A stretch of 32,000 nt of DNA. Origin: Schaalia meyeri (GTDB lineage: Bacteria; Actinomycetota; Actinomycetes; Actinomycetales; Actinomycetaceae). The notes beneath the pieces are model-generated. The model saw only the letters and a list, made by a program, of their open reading frames with translations. It did not search any database and was not told the DNA's origin. Position numbers and translations under genes: made by a program. The DNA lies in the NCBI RefSeq assembly GCF_900105015.1, contig NZ_FNLK01000008.1:132281-164280 (forward strand). The letters are read 5' to 3'. Below, piece by piece: positions 23,546-32,000 of this stretch (positions are counted from its first letter, which is position 1; each line of letters starts with the position of its first letter).

Positions 23546-24796
23546 TCAGCCGGCGGAGTTTTGCAGCTCAGTGAGGATCTCGGAAGCGGTCTTCGTGCCT
23601 CGGAAGCCCTCGGGCGAATACTGCTGGAAGGACGTGTTGATCTGGTTCCACGTCGTGGTGGTCACCAGCGGGGTACCGTGTTCGAGGAGGGTGCGCACGG
23701 CCTGGGCGCTGTCCTCGGGCTTGTTCGCAGCCCACCTCCCCATCGCGGACTCAACGGAGGGGACGGTGCCCTGTTTTTCCGCGACCGCGCCGATGACCTC
23801 GGGGGTCACCAACTGCCTCAGGACGTCGAACGCGGCCTGCTTGTCGGGGCAGGACTTGGCGATACCGAAGCCGGAACCCTGGATGACCGCTCGCGGCGTA
23901 CCCGTCGGCGTGGGGATCGTGGCGACGCCAAGCTTGTCTCCCAGGGATTTCTCGAAGGTTCCGTACATCCAGGGACCATCGATCAGCATGGCCGCTGTCC
24001 CTGACGTGAACGCGCCCTGCGCCGGGCCGTCGTTGTCGGCCGCGTTGGGGGCAACCGCCACCTGCTCCTTGAACGCCAAGTCAAACGCGAACTGGACGCC
24101 CTGGACGAACTTCGGGTCCGTCAGCGTGTTCTTACCGTCCTTGGACACGTCTCCGCCGAAGGCGATTCCAAAGTCGCCGGCCGCGTTCGCCAGGAGGAGC
24201 GGCTTGACGGCCATGCCGTAGTTTCCATCCCCCGTCAGCGCCTTCGCGTCCTTGAGGAACTGCTCCGTGGTGTACGAGGTTGTGGGCGCGCTGCGCCCCG
24301 CCTTCTCGAACAGCTCACGGTTGTAGTACAGGACGTCGGGCTCGGCGTCGTACGGCAGTGCCAGGACCTTGCCGTCCACCGTCATCCCCTGCATCATCGC
24401 GGCGTTATAGTCGGATGCCTTGATGCCGGCGGCGTCCATGTAGGAGTCGAGGGGTTCGAGCAGGCCGTACAGCTCCTGCGCGCGAGCGGCCTGGGTGGTG
24501 AGGATGCAGGGCGCGTCGGAGGTGACCATGCGGGTCTTCACCTTGGTCCAGTAATCGTTGAAGGACGGGCCATCGAAGCTCAGGGTGAAGTTCGGGTCCT
24601 TTGCCTTGGCGGCGTCCACAAAGGACTGCCATTGGGCCCGGTCGTTGTCCGTGGAAACCCACGTGTACATCTGGTGGACCCGGTCGCTACCGGAGCCGCC
24701 GGTCGCGCCGGTTCCCGAGCCGCACGCGCCTGCGAGAAGAGCGAAGGCCGAGGCCGCAGAACCGAGCATGAGGAGTTTGGAGGTAGTGGGGCGCAT
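23546..24796 (-). CDS. Extracellular solute-binding lipoprotein of the sugar ABC importer
   Basis: MRPTTSKLLMLGSAASAFALLAGACGSG has a signal peptide and a lipobox (LAGAC). AAGGAG lies upstream of ATG 24796. The track ORF extension to 24895 was trimmed. Confidence 0.9.
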   Translation of the reverse strand: MRPTTSKLLMLGSAASAFALLAGACGSGTGATGGSGSDRVHQMYTWVSTDNDRAQWQSFVDAAKAKDPNFTLSFDGPSFNDYWTKVKTRMVTSDAPCILTTQAARAQELYGLLEPLDSYMDAAGIKASDYNAAMMQGMTVDGKVLALPYDAEPDVLYYNRELFEKAGRSAPTTSYTTEQFLKDAKALTGDGNYGMAVKPLLLANAAGDFGIAFGGDVSKDGKNTLTDPKFVQGVQFAFDLAFKEQVAVAPNAADNDGPAQGAFTSGTAAMLIDGPWMYGTFEKSLGDKLGVATIPTPTGTPRAVIQGSGFGIAKSCPDKQAAFDVLRQLVTPEVIGAVAEKQGTVPSVESAMGRWAANKPEDSAQAVRTLLEHGTPLVTTTTWNQINTSFQQYSPEGFRGTKTASEILTELQNSAG

Positions 24797-24831
24797 GTCG
24801 CGCTCCTTCCTGTTCGGGGCACGAGGCGTTC

Positions 24832-24843
24832 TGCGTCGACGCA
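24832..24843. promoter_or_regulatory. Perfect 12-bp palindrome TGCGTCGACGCA; candidate operator of the SBP-permease-fucosidase operon
   Basis: Read directly, 36-47 nt upstream of the SBP start codon in a 283-bp non-coding spacer. Confidence 0.35.
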
Positions 24844-25079
24844 CGCCGCCTCTTAGTAGCGTGCATCGAGGATACTTTCCTGTGTGTACCGTCATTCGTC
24901 ATCGACAATTGACAGGGCAACCATACCCGTACCTGAGTTGGGCACACAAGAGGAAGTTCAAATTTTCTAACAAGTGGCAATTGGCGCTGCTCCGCTGTTA
25001 AGCGACACATTCACACGGGTGGCAGCATCTTTGACCCGACGCACACAGAATCTGTCAACCTGCCTGCCGCCCGTGTCGA

Positions 25080-28000
25080 TTACGCGCGGGAGCGCCCCTC
25101 CCCCAGCGCGCCTCGCACCGCATCGTCCAGGGGCATGCCAGCGCTGCCGAGAATCCGCTCCAGGTCCTCTAACGCGAAGTGCGAGGGACCGGCCAGGAAG
25201 GCGACCATCGCACCCACCTCGCCCGGGTCGACGCCGACGCGGGATGCCCACGCGCGCCGGTACAGGCGCAGCTGGGTCACAAAGTAGGCGATCTTGTCCG
25301 GCTTCGTGCTGGCCGTGACCGGCTGGCCGCTCTTCCAGTCGACCACCAGGTAGCGCGGCCCGTCGCCGCCCGTACGCTCAAACACCGCGTCGATGCGCCC
25401 CTGGACGGACACGCCGCCTACCTCCACGGAAAAGGCCTCCTCGATAGCAATCGCCCGATAGTCGGCCAGCTCCGTGCCTACGAACGTGCGGAAGTTAGCC
25501 CGCAGCCTCTCGAGCAGCCCGCGCTCCGCCTCCGTCAGCAGGGCCTCGTCGCCCCCGCCCTCGCCGCCGGACAGCGCACCGTCCACGCCCGGCGAGGCCA
25601 TGGAGGGATCGGCGTCGGGGGCGACCTGGGCGGCGATGTGAAGTTCCCGCTCCGCCCACGCGTGAAACACCGTGCCGAGCGCGGACAACGAACTGGGTTT
25701 GCTCGGCATCGGCCGACGCATGTCCCGGGCGAACTCCTGTGAATCCTGCAGCAGCGCAGACACGGAGGTGGCCGGAACGCGCTCGGCCCACAGGTCCACG
25801 ACCGGCGTCTGTTGGCCCCGGCGATGCTCCTCGATCAGGGCGACCGTATCCCTCACGGCGGGGTCATCGCCCAGCTGCTCCAATGCCTGATACACGTCCC
25901 CCTCGCCCACCAAGGCGCGAATCTGCCCCTCCACGGCCGCCGCCGCACCCGCAACCCGCCGACGCGACGGCCCGGGCTCCTGCGGGAAAGTCGCCGAGGA
26001 AGTGCCGCTGACCAACGCCGCCAGGTCCGCCTCGCCCGGCCTCGGGGCAAGGCAGCATGCCCCTGCGCCGGACACAGGCGCAACCCCCGTGCCGCGCCAG
26101 TGCCCCCCGGCCCACACGCTGCGGTCGCTCACGCCCGCGAGGGAGCCATCCGCCGGGTCCGGGGAATCGCCGAACAGCTGGTCGCGGGTCTCCATAAGGT
26201 AGCGCGACGGCTGCTTCACCGACGAACCCGTGCGATACAGCCAGGAGCCCACCAGCAGCTGGGCGCTGCGCGCCCGCGTCATGGCCACGTACGCCAAGCG
26301 GCGTTCCTCCCGTTCCGCGTGAACGCCGAGGGCGCGCCCGTACTCCTCTTTGATCCACTTCGAATACGCAGCTGACGGCTTCGGTTCGCCCTCCACGTCC
26401 AGGTCGAAGGGAGGCAGGTCCGCGCGGTCTCCGCGCAGGGGGTGAGGCAGCGCGCTGGAATCCGTCAGCCACGCCGTGTCGGTCGGCGGCTCGTCCAGCC
26501 ACGACACGGTATTCCTCTTTCCGTGCGAAGGAAATACGCCGTCGCTCATGCCGAACACGACGACGCAGTCCCACTCGAGTCCCTTGGATGCGTGCACCGT
26601 CATGATTTGCACGGCGCGCGGATCCGGCTCGCCCAGGGGCGCCTCAAGCCCGTCCTCGCGGTCCTCCGCCATGCGCAGGTACGCCAGGAATGAGGCCAGG
26701 GACGCGCCCGGCGTGTCCCTCTCGTAGGCGGCGGCCACCGAAACGAACTCATCCAGCGCGGCGCGCCCGCCCATCGACAGCGGATCCGCGATCACGTCGT
26801 CCAAGGTCCCCATGATGAGGATCGCTCTTTCGACCTGCTCCACGACGCCGCGCCCGACCCCCGCGCGCACCGCGCGCAATCGCTCGCCCAATAACCGCAC
26901 GCGTCGCACGGCCTCGTCGCTGATCGCGGGGCGACCGTCCGCGTGCCACCCCGCCTCCGGCGGAGCATCCACCGCGTCGAGGAGCACCGCCTGGTGGGGG
27001 CTGGCCCCCTCGCGGCGCGCCAGGGCGCGCGCCCAGTCCCCCAGGGCAATAAGGTCCGCCGTCCCCAGGTCGATGCCCGCCAGCAGGCGGGCGAGCCACG
27101 GGGAAGCGCCCACGTCGTACGCCAACTCCAAGGAAGCCCGAACGTCCTGGACTGCCCCCTGGTCAAGCAGCCCTCCCAGGCCGACGATCTGAGTCGGGAC
27201 GCCCGCCTCGCGCAGCGCGGCGTCCACGAACGCAAAATCCTTGCGGCGCCGACACAGCACGGCCACCGTGCGACGCTTCCCCTCCTCCGACGCCTGGGAG
27301 CGGACGCGCTGGACAAAGTCGACGACCACCCCCAGAGCATCCTCGTAAAAGGGCGCGTAGGCGACCTCGACGTGCCCCTCGCCCGCGCCCGGTCGCGGCA
27401 CCAGCACCGGCGACCGCGCATTGAGCGCCTTTTTCCCCTCCTGGTAAGAGGCGACCTCGCGCAGGGGCGCCGCCACTCGGTTCGCCGCGTCCAGGATCGA
27501 AGAATCGTTGCGCCACGCGGTCGACAGAGTGAGGGTTAGCCCCGCCTCCATTTGGGCGCAGCAGAATCGATCGAGAAAGGACTCCAGGGACGAGGCCGAG
27601 GCCCCCCTCCACCCGTAGATCGCCTGATTCGGGTCCCCCACCGCGGTGACCGCGTGATCGCCGAACAGCATGGACAACAGATCCATCTGAATGACGGAGG
27701 TGTCCTGAAACTCGTCCAACAGGACGGCGCGGAACTCGTCACGCAGTGCGCTGCGCACCGCCGGGGCCTCGCGCACGATGCGCGTCGCGAGGACCAGCTG
27801 GTCGGAAAAGTCCAGGAACCCCATGTCTCGCTTGCGCTGCTGATACGCCTCGATGGGGCCGAGAAACGCGATGCGGCGGCGATTCGCGCGCAGCAGACGG
27901 CGCGCGTCATCGTTGGTCTGGCCCACCTGCTCCAGCTCCCGCCCGAACTCCTCCAGCGCGGAGCGGGCGCTCCCTACCGTGTACCCGTGCTCGGCGATCT

Positions 28001-28517
28001 CCCCAGCCAGGTGAAGGATGTGTCCGACCGCACCCAGCGGCGTGAGTGAGTCGTCCAGGTCGGTGGGCCACGCCTCAACGATCTGGAGCATGACGTCCAT
28101 GGCACCGGCCTCGGAGAGCATGGAAAAGTCCGGGTCGATGCCGATGCGCATTCCGTGTTCGGAGACGATGCGCTCCGCGAAAGAGTTATAGGTCAGGGAC
28201 ACGGGTTCCTCGTCCAGGCGGCGCCTCAGCTGCGGCATCGCCTGTGCCAGCAGGCGAATGCGCGCCCGCAGGCGGTCCCCCAGCTCGCCGGCGGCCTTGC
28301 GGGTGAAGGTCAGGCCCAGGATCGACGAGGGGCTCAGGTCCGGGTGATTGGCCAGGAGCCACAGCACCCTCATCGACATGGTTTCGGTCTTTCCCGACCC
28401 GGCACCCGCGACGACCAGGAGGGGCCGGCGCGGGGCCTCAACCACGCGCACCTGCTCCGGCGTCGGGTTCTTCGACTCGTCGACGATCCTTTGGATCTGG
28501 GTTGCGCTCAGCAGCAT
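25080..28517 (-). CDS. adnB: AdnB-like helicase-nuclease subunit (UvrD/Rep SF1 motor plus C-terminal RecB-type PD-(D/E)XK nuclease)
   Basis: Walker A is LLVVAGAGSGKTETM, motif II is LLDEFQDTS, and the nuclease motif is GRIDAVFER...YLVVDWKSGQ. GGGAGAGGA lies upstream of ATG 28517. The extension to 28715 overlaps adnA and was trimmed. Confidence 0.85.
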   Translation of the reverse strand: MLLSATQIQRIVDESKNPTPEQVRVVEAPRRPLLVVAGAGSGKTETMSMRVLWLLANHPDLSPSSILGLTFTRKAAGELGDRLRARIRLLAQAMPQLRRRLDEEPVSLTYNSFAERIVSEHGMRIGIDPDFSMLSEAGAMDVMLQIVEAWPTDLDDSLTPLGAVGHILHLAGEIAEHGYTVGSARSALEEFGRELEQVGQTNDDARRLLRANRRRIAFLGPIEAYQQRKRDMGFLDFSDQLVLATRIVREAPAVRSALRDEFRAVLLDEFQDTSVIQMDLLSMLFGDHAVTAVGDPNQAIYGWRGASASSLESFLDRFCCAQMEAGLTLTLSTAWRNDSSILDAANRVAAPLREVASYQEGKKALNARSPVLVPRPGAGEGHVEVAYAPFYEDALGVVVDFVQRVRSQASEEGKRRTVAVLCRRRKDFAFVDAALREAGVPTQIVGLGGLLDQGAVQDVRASLELAYDVGASPWLARLLAGIDLGTADLIALGDWARALARREGASPHQAVLLDAVDAPPEAGWHADGRPAISDEAVRRVRLLGERLRAVRAGVGRGVVEQVERAILIMGTLDDVIADPLSMGGRAALDEFVSVAAAYERDTPGASLASFLAYLRMAEDREDGLEAPLGEPDPRAVQIMTVHASKGLEWDCVVVFGMSDGVFPSHGKRNTVSWLDEPPTDTAWLTDSSALPHPLRGDRADLPPFDLDVEGEPKPSAAYSKWIKEEYGRALGVHAEREERRLAYVAMTRARSAQLLVGSWLYRTGSSVKQPSRYLMETRDQLFGDSPDPADGSLAGVSDRSVWAGGHWRGTGVAPVSGAGACCLAPRPGEADLAALVSGTSSATFPQEPGPSRRRVAGAAAAVEGQIRALVGEGDVYQALEQLGDDPAVRDTVALIEEHRRGQQTPVVDLWAERVPATSVSALLQDSQEFARDMRRPMPSKPSSLSALGTVFHAWAERELHIAAQVAPDADPSMASPGVDGALSGGEGGGDEALLTEAERGLLERLRANFRTFVGTELADYRAIAIEEAFSVEVGGVSVQGRIDAVFERTGGDGPRYLVVDWKSGQPVTASTKPDKIAYFVTQLRLYRRAWASRVGVDPGEVGAMVAFLAGPSHFALEDLERILGSAGMPLDDAVRGALGEGRSRA

Positions 28518-28536
28518 CGCTCTGTCCTCTCCCACG

Positions 28537-31500
28537 TCACTCCACCACCTTGCGGCCACGCTCACGTGCCGGGCACAGCCGGTCGAACGAGCAGTATCGG
28601 CATGCCTCCTGCGAGGGGGTCGCCTCGAAGTTGGGGCCTCGCGCGCACGCCGCCACCCGGCGGACGTCCGCATGCCATTCCGCCAGTTCCTCCCCCTCCA
28701 ACGCCCGCTGGTCAAAGATCTGCGGTTTCGCGCCGCCGAGCAGGGCGATTCGCGCGCCCGCGACGTCCTCTCCAGAGGCCAGCAACGCCATCTGGTACGC
28801 GGCCAGCTGCGGGTTCGCCTGAACCCCCGCCCGCGTGTATCCGCGCTTTCCCGTCTTCAGGTCCGTGACGCGCACGCCCTGCCCCGTGTGTTCCACGCGG
28901 TCCATGCGCCCGCGGATGGTCACCCCCTCGACCCGGCCGCTCACCGGCTGTTCGACCTCGACGGCGCCGGGCACCCCCGCCACATAGTTCGCCAAGTTGT
29001 TCACAACGTCGCGGGCGTGCCGGTCGGCCACGCGCCCCGCCCACGTGTCCAGGTTGTATCCCAGCTCCTCGATGCGCGCCTCGAGGGCGCAAGTCAGCTC
29101 CTGGGCGTTTCCGTGCGGGTGTTCCTCGGCCACCGCGTGGATCAGCGTACCCAGGCTTGCGGCCGCGTTCGACGGCCTATCCGCCCCGATCGTGGTGAGG
29201 AACCAGCGCAGCGGGCACGTCAGGGCCCGCTCGAACTGCGAGGGAGAAAGCACGATCTCACCCGCATACGACCGGGCCGTCGTCACGGTCCCACCGGCGC
29301 CCAGCCATCGATGGGGATGGGCCGAAGCGACGCCCTCGCGCGCCAGCAGGGCCAGCAGTGTGGCGGCCAGCTCGCTGTCCGCCGGGTCGCCGAGTGCACC
29401 AGCCCGCGCCCGCAGGTCCGCGATGTGCCCCGACAGGGACAGCGGCGCGTCCACCCGGTCCACGGGAACCACATCGTCGACGCGTGGGGTGCCGGCCAGG
29501 CGCGCCACCAGGTCGAACAGCACCGAGGGGGCGGCGTCCTCTGAGCGAACCGCGCCGACGTGCACGATGCTTCGTGCCCGCGTCACGGCCGCGACAAACA
29601 GCCGATACTCGTCGTCCACGACCGCGCGGCGGGCAGCCCGCGCCGAATCGACGAGATGCTCGCGACCGTCCTCGCCCACGCACGTGCGCCCCGCGCCGAT
29701 GTCCGCCAACAGGTCGGCACGCAGGATACGGTCGCGCAACCGCACGTTCGGCCACGCACCATCCTGCAGGCCGGCGAGGACGACGACCTCCCAGTGACGC
29801 CCCATGGCCTGCGCGGGCGTGAGGACCTCAACGCCGCCCGGGCGCACGCCCACGCGGGAAATCGTGTCGATGGGGACGCTTCCCGACACCAGCTCAGTCG
29901 CGAAGCGAGCCGCGTCGCCCGTCGGATTGCGCTGCTCCCACACGTCGGCCACACGCATCAGGGCCACCACGGCGTCCAGCTGGTCGTCGTACCATCCCGA
30001 GGATGCATCGGAGGCGATGGCCCGCGAGCGCCACTCGTCCGCGACGCAGGCTGCCTCCCAGAGGGACCACAGGCACTCCTGGGGACGCCCGCCCCCCTGC
30101 CTCCCCAGCTCCCACAGGCGCGCGGCTCTCTCCAGCGGCTCAGCGAGGTCGTTCGCCACCCGGATGCGCCCGCCCCCGCCCTGGATGCCCCGTTCCAGGG
30201 CGGGCCGCCACGTGGATGGATCATCCACGAGGTCAACCATCGTCAGCGGGACCGGCGCGTCCTTGTCGCCGGATACCTGGGCGGCCAGGGCGCGCTCGGC
30301 GTTGAGCCTGCGCAGGATGCGGCGGACGGCCAGGGGGTCGGCTCCCACGAGGGGCGAGGGCAGGAGGCGCTCGGCCAGCTCGCGGCGCGCGTCGGCCTCG
30401 GTGTCGGTGAGGCCTATGGGCAGGGTCACGAGGTCGAGCAGGAGCCGCGTCGTGGGCTGGGCGGCGAAGTCGAAGGCGTGCCCGCCCCCGGCCAGGGGAA
30501 CGCCGCCGCGAGCGAGGTAGCGGCGCGTGTCGGCGACCATCGACGCGCTGCGCACGATGACGACCTGGTCCGTGAAGTCAATGCCGTCGTGCAGGTGGTG
30601 CGCGCGAATCGCCCGCGCGATCAGCGCCCCCATCTGTGAGGGCGTGGCCCCCAGGTGCGTGACGAGCCGCCCCGCCTGCGCTCCGGCCGCAACGTCGGCA
30701 TCGCGTCGGGCGGGCGAACCCGACTGGGCGATGCGCGAGCATGCGGCGCGCGCCACGGTGCGCACCGCGCGCGAGGTTCTATACACCTGCCCCAGTTCCG
30801 AGATCTCGACGCCGAGGAGGGAGGCGAGGCGGCGGTCCAGGTGCGGCTCGCCCCCTCGGTATCCGGCGACCGCCACGTCGGAGTCCGAGAAGGCGACGAT
30901 GCGCGCGCCCGCGCGCCTACAGGATTCCAGTAGCGTGAGGGTCGAGGGAGTGCAGTCCTGCAGGTCATCCACAATGACGACGTCGGGCACCGGGAGGGGC
31001 GCCTCAACGCCGAGCGCCGGACCATCCGTCTCCCACCTGCGGATCAGGTCGGCGGCGAGGGACTGGATGCGCGACAGGTCCACGCGCAGGGCCAGTGGAT
31101 ACTCTATGGAACGCTCGGGTCCCTCCTCCAGGGCGGCCACGATCGCGCCCGCCCCCTCCCACTCGGGCCTGCCGAACCTGATCCCCGCTCGCGTCAGGTC
31201 AGCAGCGTTCATCCCGGCCTCGCCCACGCGGGCCACCAGGTCACGCAGCTCCGCACGGAAAGCCGGCATGGCGCGCATCTGCGGGCCGATTTCTGGCGGC
31301 CACGGCGCGCGTACGGAGTCGAGCAGTTCCGCCAGCATCTGATCCTGGGCGGCTCCCGTCACCAGCTCGACCCCATGGAGCGGCGCGGCGCGCTGGGTGC
31401 GCCACGTGGCCACGACCTGATACGCGAAAGAGGCGGGCGTGCGCACCGGGCGCACCACGGACGGCCCGAGGGCCTGGGCTTGAGGCGTCAGGGCATCGGC

Positions 31501-31722
31501 GCGCGTACGGTCGGGCGTCACAATCAGGGCGGAGAGGCCGTCGCCCACCGCGCGCTCAAACACCGCGAGCGCACAGGTGCTGCGCCCCGAGGACGGGGCG
31601 CCCCGGGCGATCACGTCACCCGCCCGCGCGGCCTCGCAAATCGCCTTCTGCTCCCGGTTCAGTTCGGGCAGACGCCACCAACCGGCGGGCCGACTCCGCA
31701 ATCTGACCTCGATTTCGCTCAT
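28537..31722 (-). CDS. adnA: AdnA-like helicase-nuclease subunit (degenerate SF1 motor plus C-terminal RecB-type nuclease with a Cys cluster)
   Basis: The UvrD-like layout has Walker-A-like GAPSSGRST and motif-II-like VIVDDLQDCT. The nuclease motif is GRMDRVEH...VRVTDLKTGK. The C-terminal Cys pattern is CRYCSFDRLC, with an upstream TCPLRW. It lies directly upstream of adnB, as in mycobacterial adnAB. Start is ATG 31722 (MSEIEVRL). Confidence 0.8.
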   Translation of the reverse strand: MSEIEVRLRSRPAGWWRLPELNREQKAICEAARAGDVIARGAPSSGRSTCALAVFERAVGDGLSALIVTPDRTRADALTPQAQALGPSVVRPVRTPASFAYQVVATWRTQRAAPLHGVELVTGAAQDQMLAELLDSVRAPWPPEIGPQMRAMPAFRAELRDLVARVGEAGMNAADLTRAGIRFGRPEWEGAGAIVAALEEGPERSIEYPLALRVDLSRIQSLAADLIRRWETDGPALGVEAPLPVPDVVIVDDLQDCTPSTLTLLESCRRAGARIVAFSDSDVAVAGYRGGEPHLDRRLASLLGVEISELGQVYRTSRAVRTVARAACSRIAQSGSPARRDADVAAGAQAGRLVTHLGATPSQMGALIARAIRAHHLHDGIDFTDQVVIVRSASMVADTRRYLARGGVPLAGGGHAFDFAAQPTTRLLLDLVTLPIGLTDTEADARRELAERLLPSPLVGADPLAVRRILRRLNAERALAAQVSGDKDAPVPLTMVDLVDDPSTWRPALERGIQGGGGRIRVANDLAEPLERAARLWELGRQGGGRPQECLWSLWEAACVADEWRSRAIASDASSGWYDDQLDAVVALMRVADVWEQRNPTGDAARFATELVSGSVPIDTISRVGVRPGGVEVLTPAQAMGRHWEVVVLAGLQDGAWPNVRLRDRILRADLLADIGAGRTCVGEDGREHLVDSARAARRAVVDDEYRLFVAAVTRARSIVHVGAVRSEDAAPSVLFDLVARLAGTPRVDDVVPVDRVDAPLSLSGHIADLRARAGALGDPADSELAATLLALLAREGVASAHPHRWLGAGGTVTTARSYAGEIVLSPSQFERALTCPLRWFLTTIGADRPSNAAASLGTLIHAVAEEHPHGNAQELTCALEARIEELGYNLDTWAGRVADRHARDVVNNLANYVAGVPGAVEVEQPVSGRVEGVTIRGRMDRVEHTGQGVRVTDLKTGKRGYTRAGVQANPQLAAYQMALLASGEDVAGARIALLGGAKPQIFDQRALEGEELAEWHADVRRVAACARGPNFEATPSQEACRYCSFDRLCPARERGRKVVE

Positions 31723-31800
31723 GACGCAATACTGGCAGACCCCACCCGCATCTGTGGCACATATGATGGCCACGACGATTTTTCCCGGCAAGGAGCAAAC

Positions 31801-32000
31801 ATGGAGATCTTTATCGGCATTCGAGGGGGCGCGCGCCAGCTCAGCCTCGACGTCAACCTGACCGAGGAGCAGCTCATCTCGAGAGTGGACGAGGCCGTCT
31901 CCCAGAACGCCCTCCTTCACCTCACCGACACCAAGGGACAGCGCGTCCTGGTCCCCGCCCACGCGATCGGATACGTGCAGATCGCCAGCAAGGCCGAGCG
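31801..32000 (+). CDS. DUF3107-family small protein, 5' part only (runs off the right edge)
   Basis: My translation is MEIFIGIRGGARQLSLDVNLTEEQLISRVDEAVSQNALLHLTDTKGQRVLVPAHAIGYVQIASKAE. This matches the conserved actinobacterial DUF3107 pattern (MEIKIG...L.L.D.KG...LVP...I.Y). AAGGAG lies 6 nt upstream. It is absent from the ORF track because it has no stop in the window. Confidence 0.7.
   Translation, partial: MEIFIGIRGGARQLSLDVNLTEEQLISRVDEAVSQNALLHLTDTKGQRVLVPAHAIGYVQIASKAE

Noticed and set aside
20414-24004. Very long plus-strand ORFs, 20414-21958 (514 aa) and 22292-24004 (570 aa), opposite the fucosidase and ABC genes.
   Set aside because: Same shadow-ORF artefact. The minus-strand genes carry GH29, EAA-loop and lipobox signatures, and the plus-strand products are Arg/His/Asp-rich with no motifs.
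24906-24983. Two CAATTG hexamers (24906-24911 and 24978-24983) upstream of the SBP gene, considered as paired operator half-sites.
   Set aside because: A 6-bp palindrome occurring twice is within chance expectation, the flanks are not symmetric, and the spacing suggests nothing specific.
25045-25055. Palindrome ACAGA-A-TCTGT just downstream of the adnB stop.
   Set aside because: It has only 5-bp arms and no T-tract, so it is a poor terminator. It has no related copy elsewhere in the window and is probably chance.
1-32000. Search by eye for tRNA/rRNA genes, CRISPR repeats, IS elements, integrases, toxin-antitoxin pairs or phage genes, especially in the spacers 9575-9699, 16711-16896, 18037-18219, 19078-19353 and 24797-25079.
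   Set aside because: I found no regularly spaced repeats, no transposase- or integrase-like ORFs, no cloverleaf-compatible segments and no small paired ORFs. The spacers look like ordinary promoter or terminator regions. A covariance-model scan would be needed to exclude small ncRNAs.

Overview
High-GC actinobacterial chromosome segment. AdnAB plus DUF3107 synteny and the codon style suggest a host-associated Actinomyces/Schaalia-like organism, but that is a guess. I support 25 protein-coding genes and see no rRNA, tRNA, CRISPR array, transposase or integrase. There are three blocks. (1) 1-19.1 kb is a cell-wall glycopolymer locus. A minus-strand operon (GT4, GT2, WsaF-like GT, epimerase, GT2, ABC-2 permease, ABC ATPase) diverges at 6740/6836 from a plus-strand operon. 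That operon encodes GT4, a DUF2142/GT-C-like membrane protein, a wHTH-LicC-LicA fusion, a LicB-like DMT permease, three tandem LicD paralogs, a MOP/Wzx-type flippase and a GT4. A fourth LicD lies on the opposite strand. (2) 19.3-24.8 kb is a host-glycan foraging unit: a GntR/HutC regulator, then convergently a lipoprotein SBP, two ABC permeases and a cytoplasmic GH29 alpha-L-fucosidase. (3) 25.1-31.7 kb holds an AdnB/AdnA-type helicase-nuclease pair, with the 5' end of a DUF3107 gene diverging at the right edge. The most interesting content is the complete lic-type (phosphocholine-like) decoration module with four LicD paralogs, a regulator-enzyme fusion and two export routes. There is also a clear duplication scar: the licB 3' end, a hairpin and the RBS recur after licD1. 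Candidate operators and promoters are reported with low to moderate confidence. All functional calls rest on motifs I read in the translations and on family knowledge; no database search was run.
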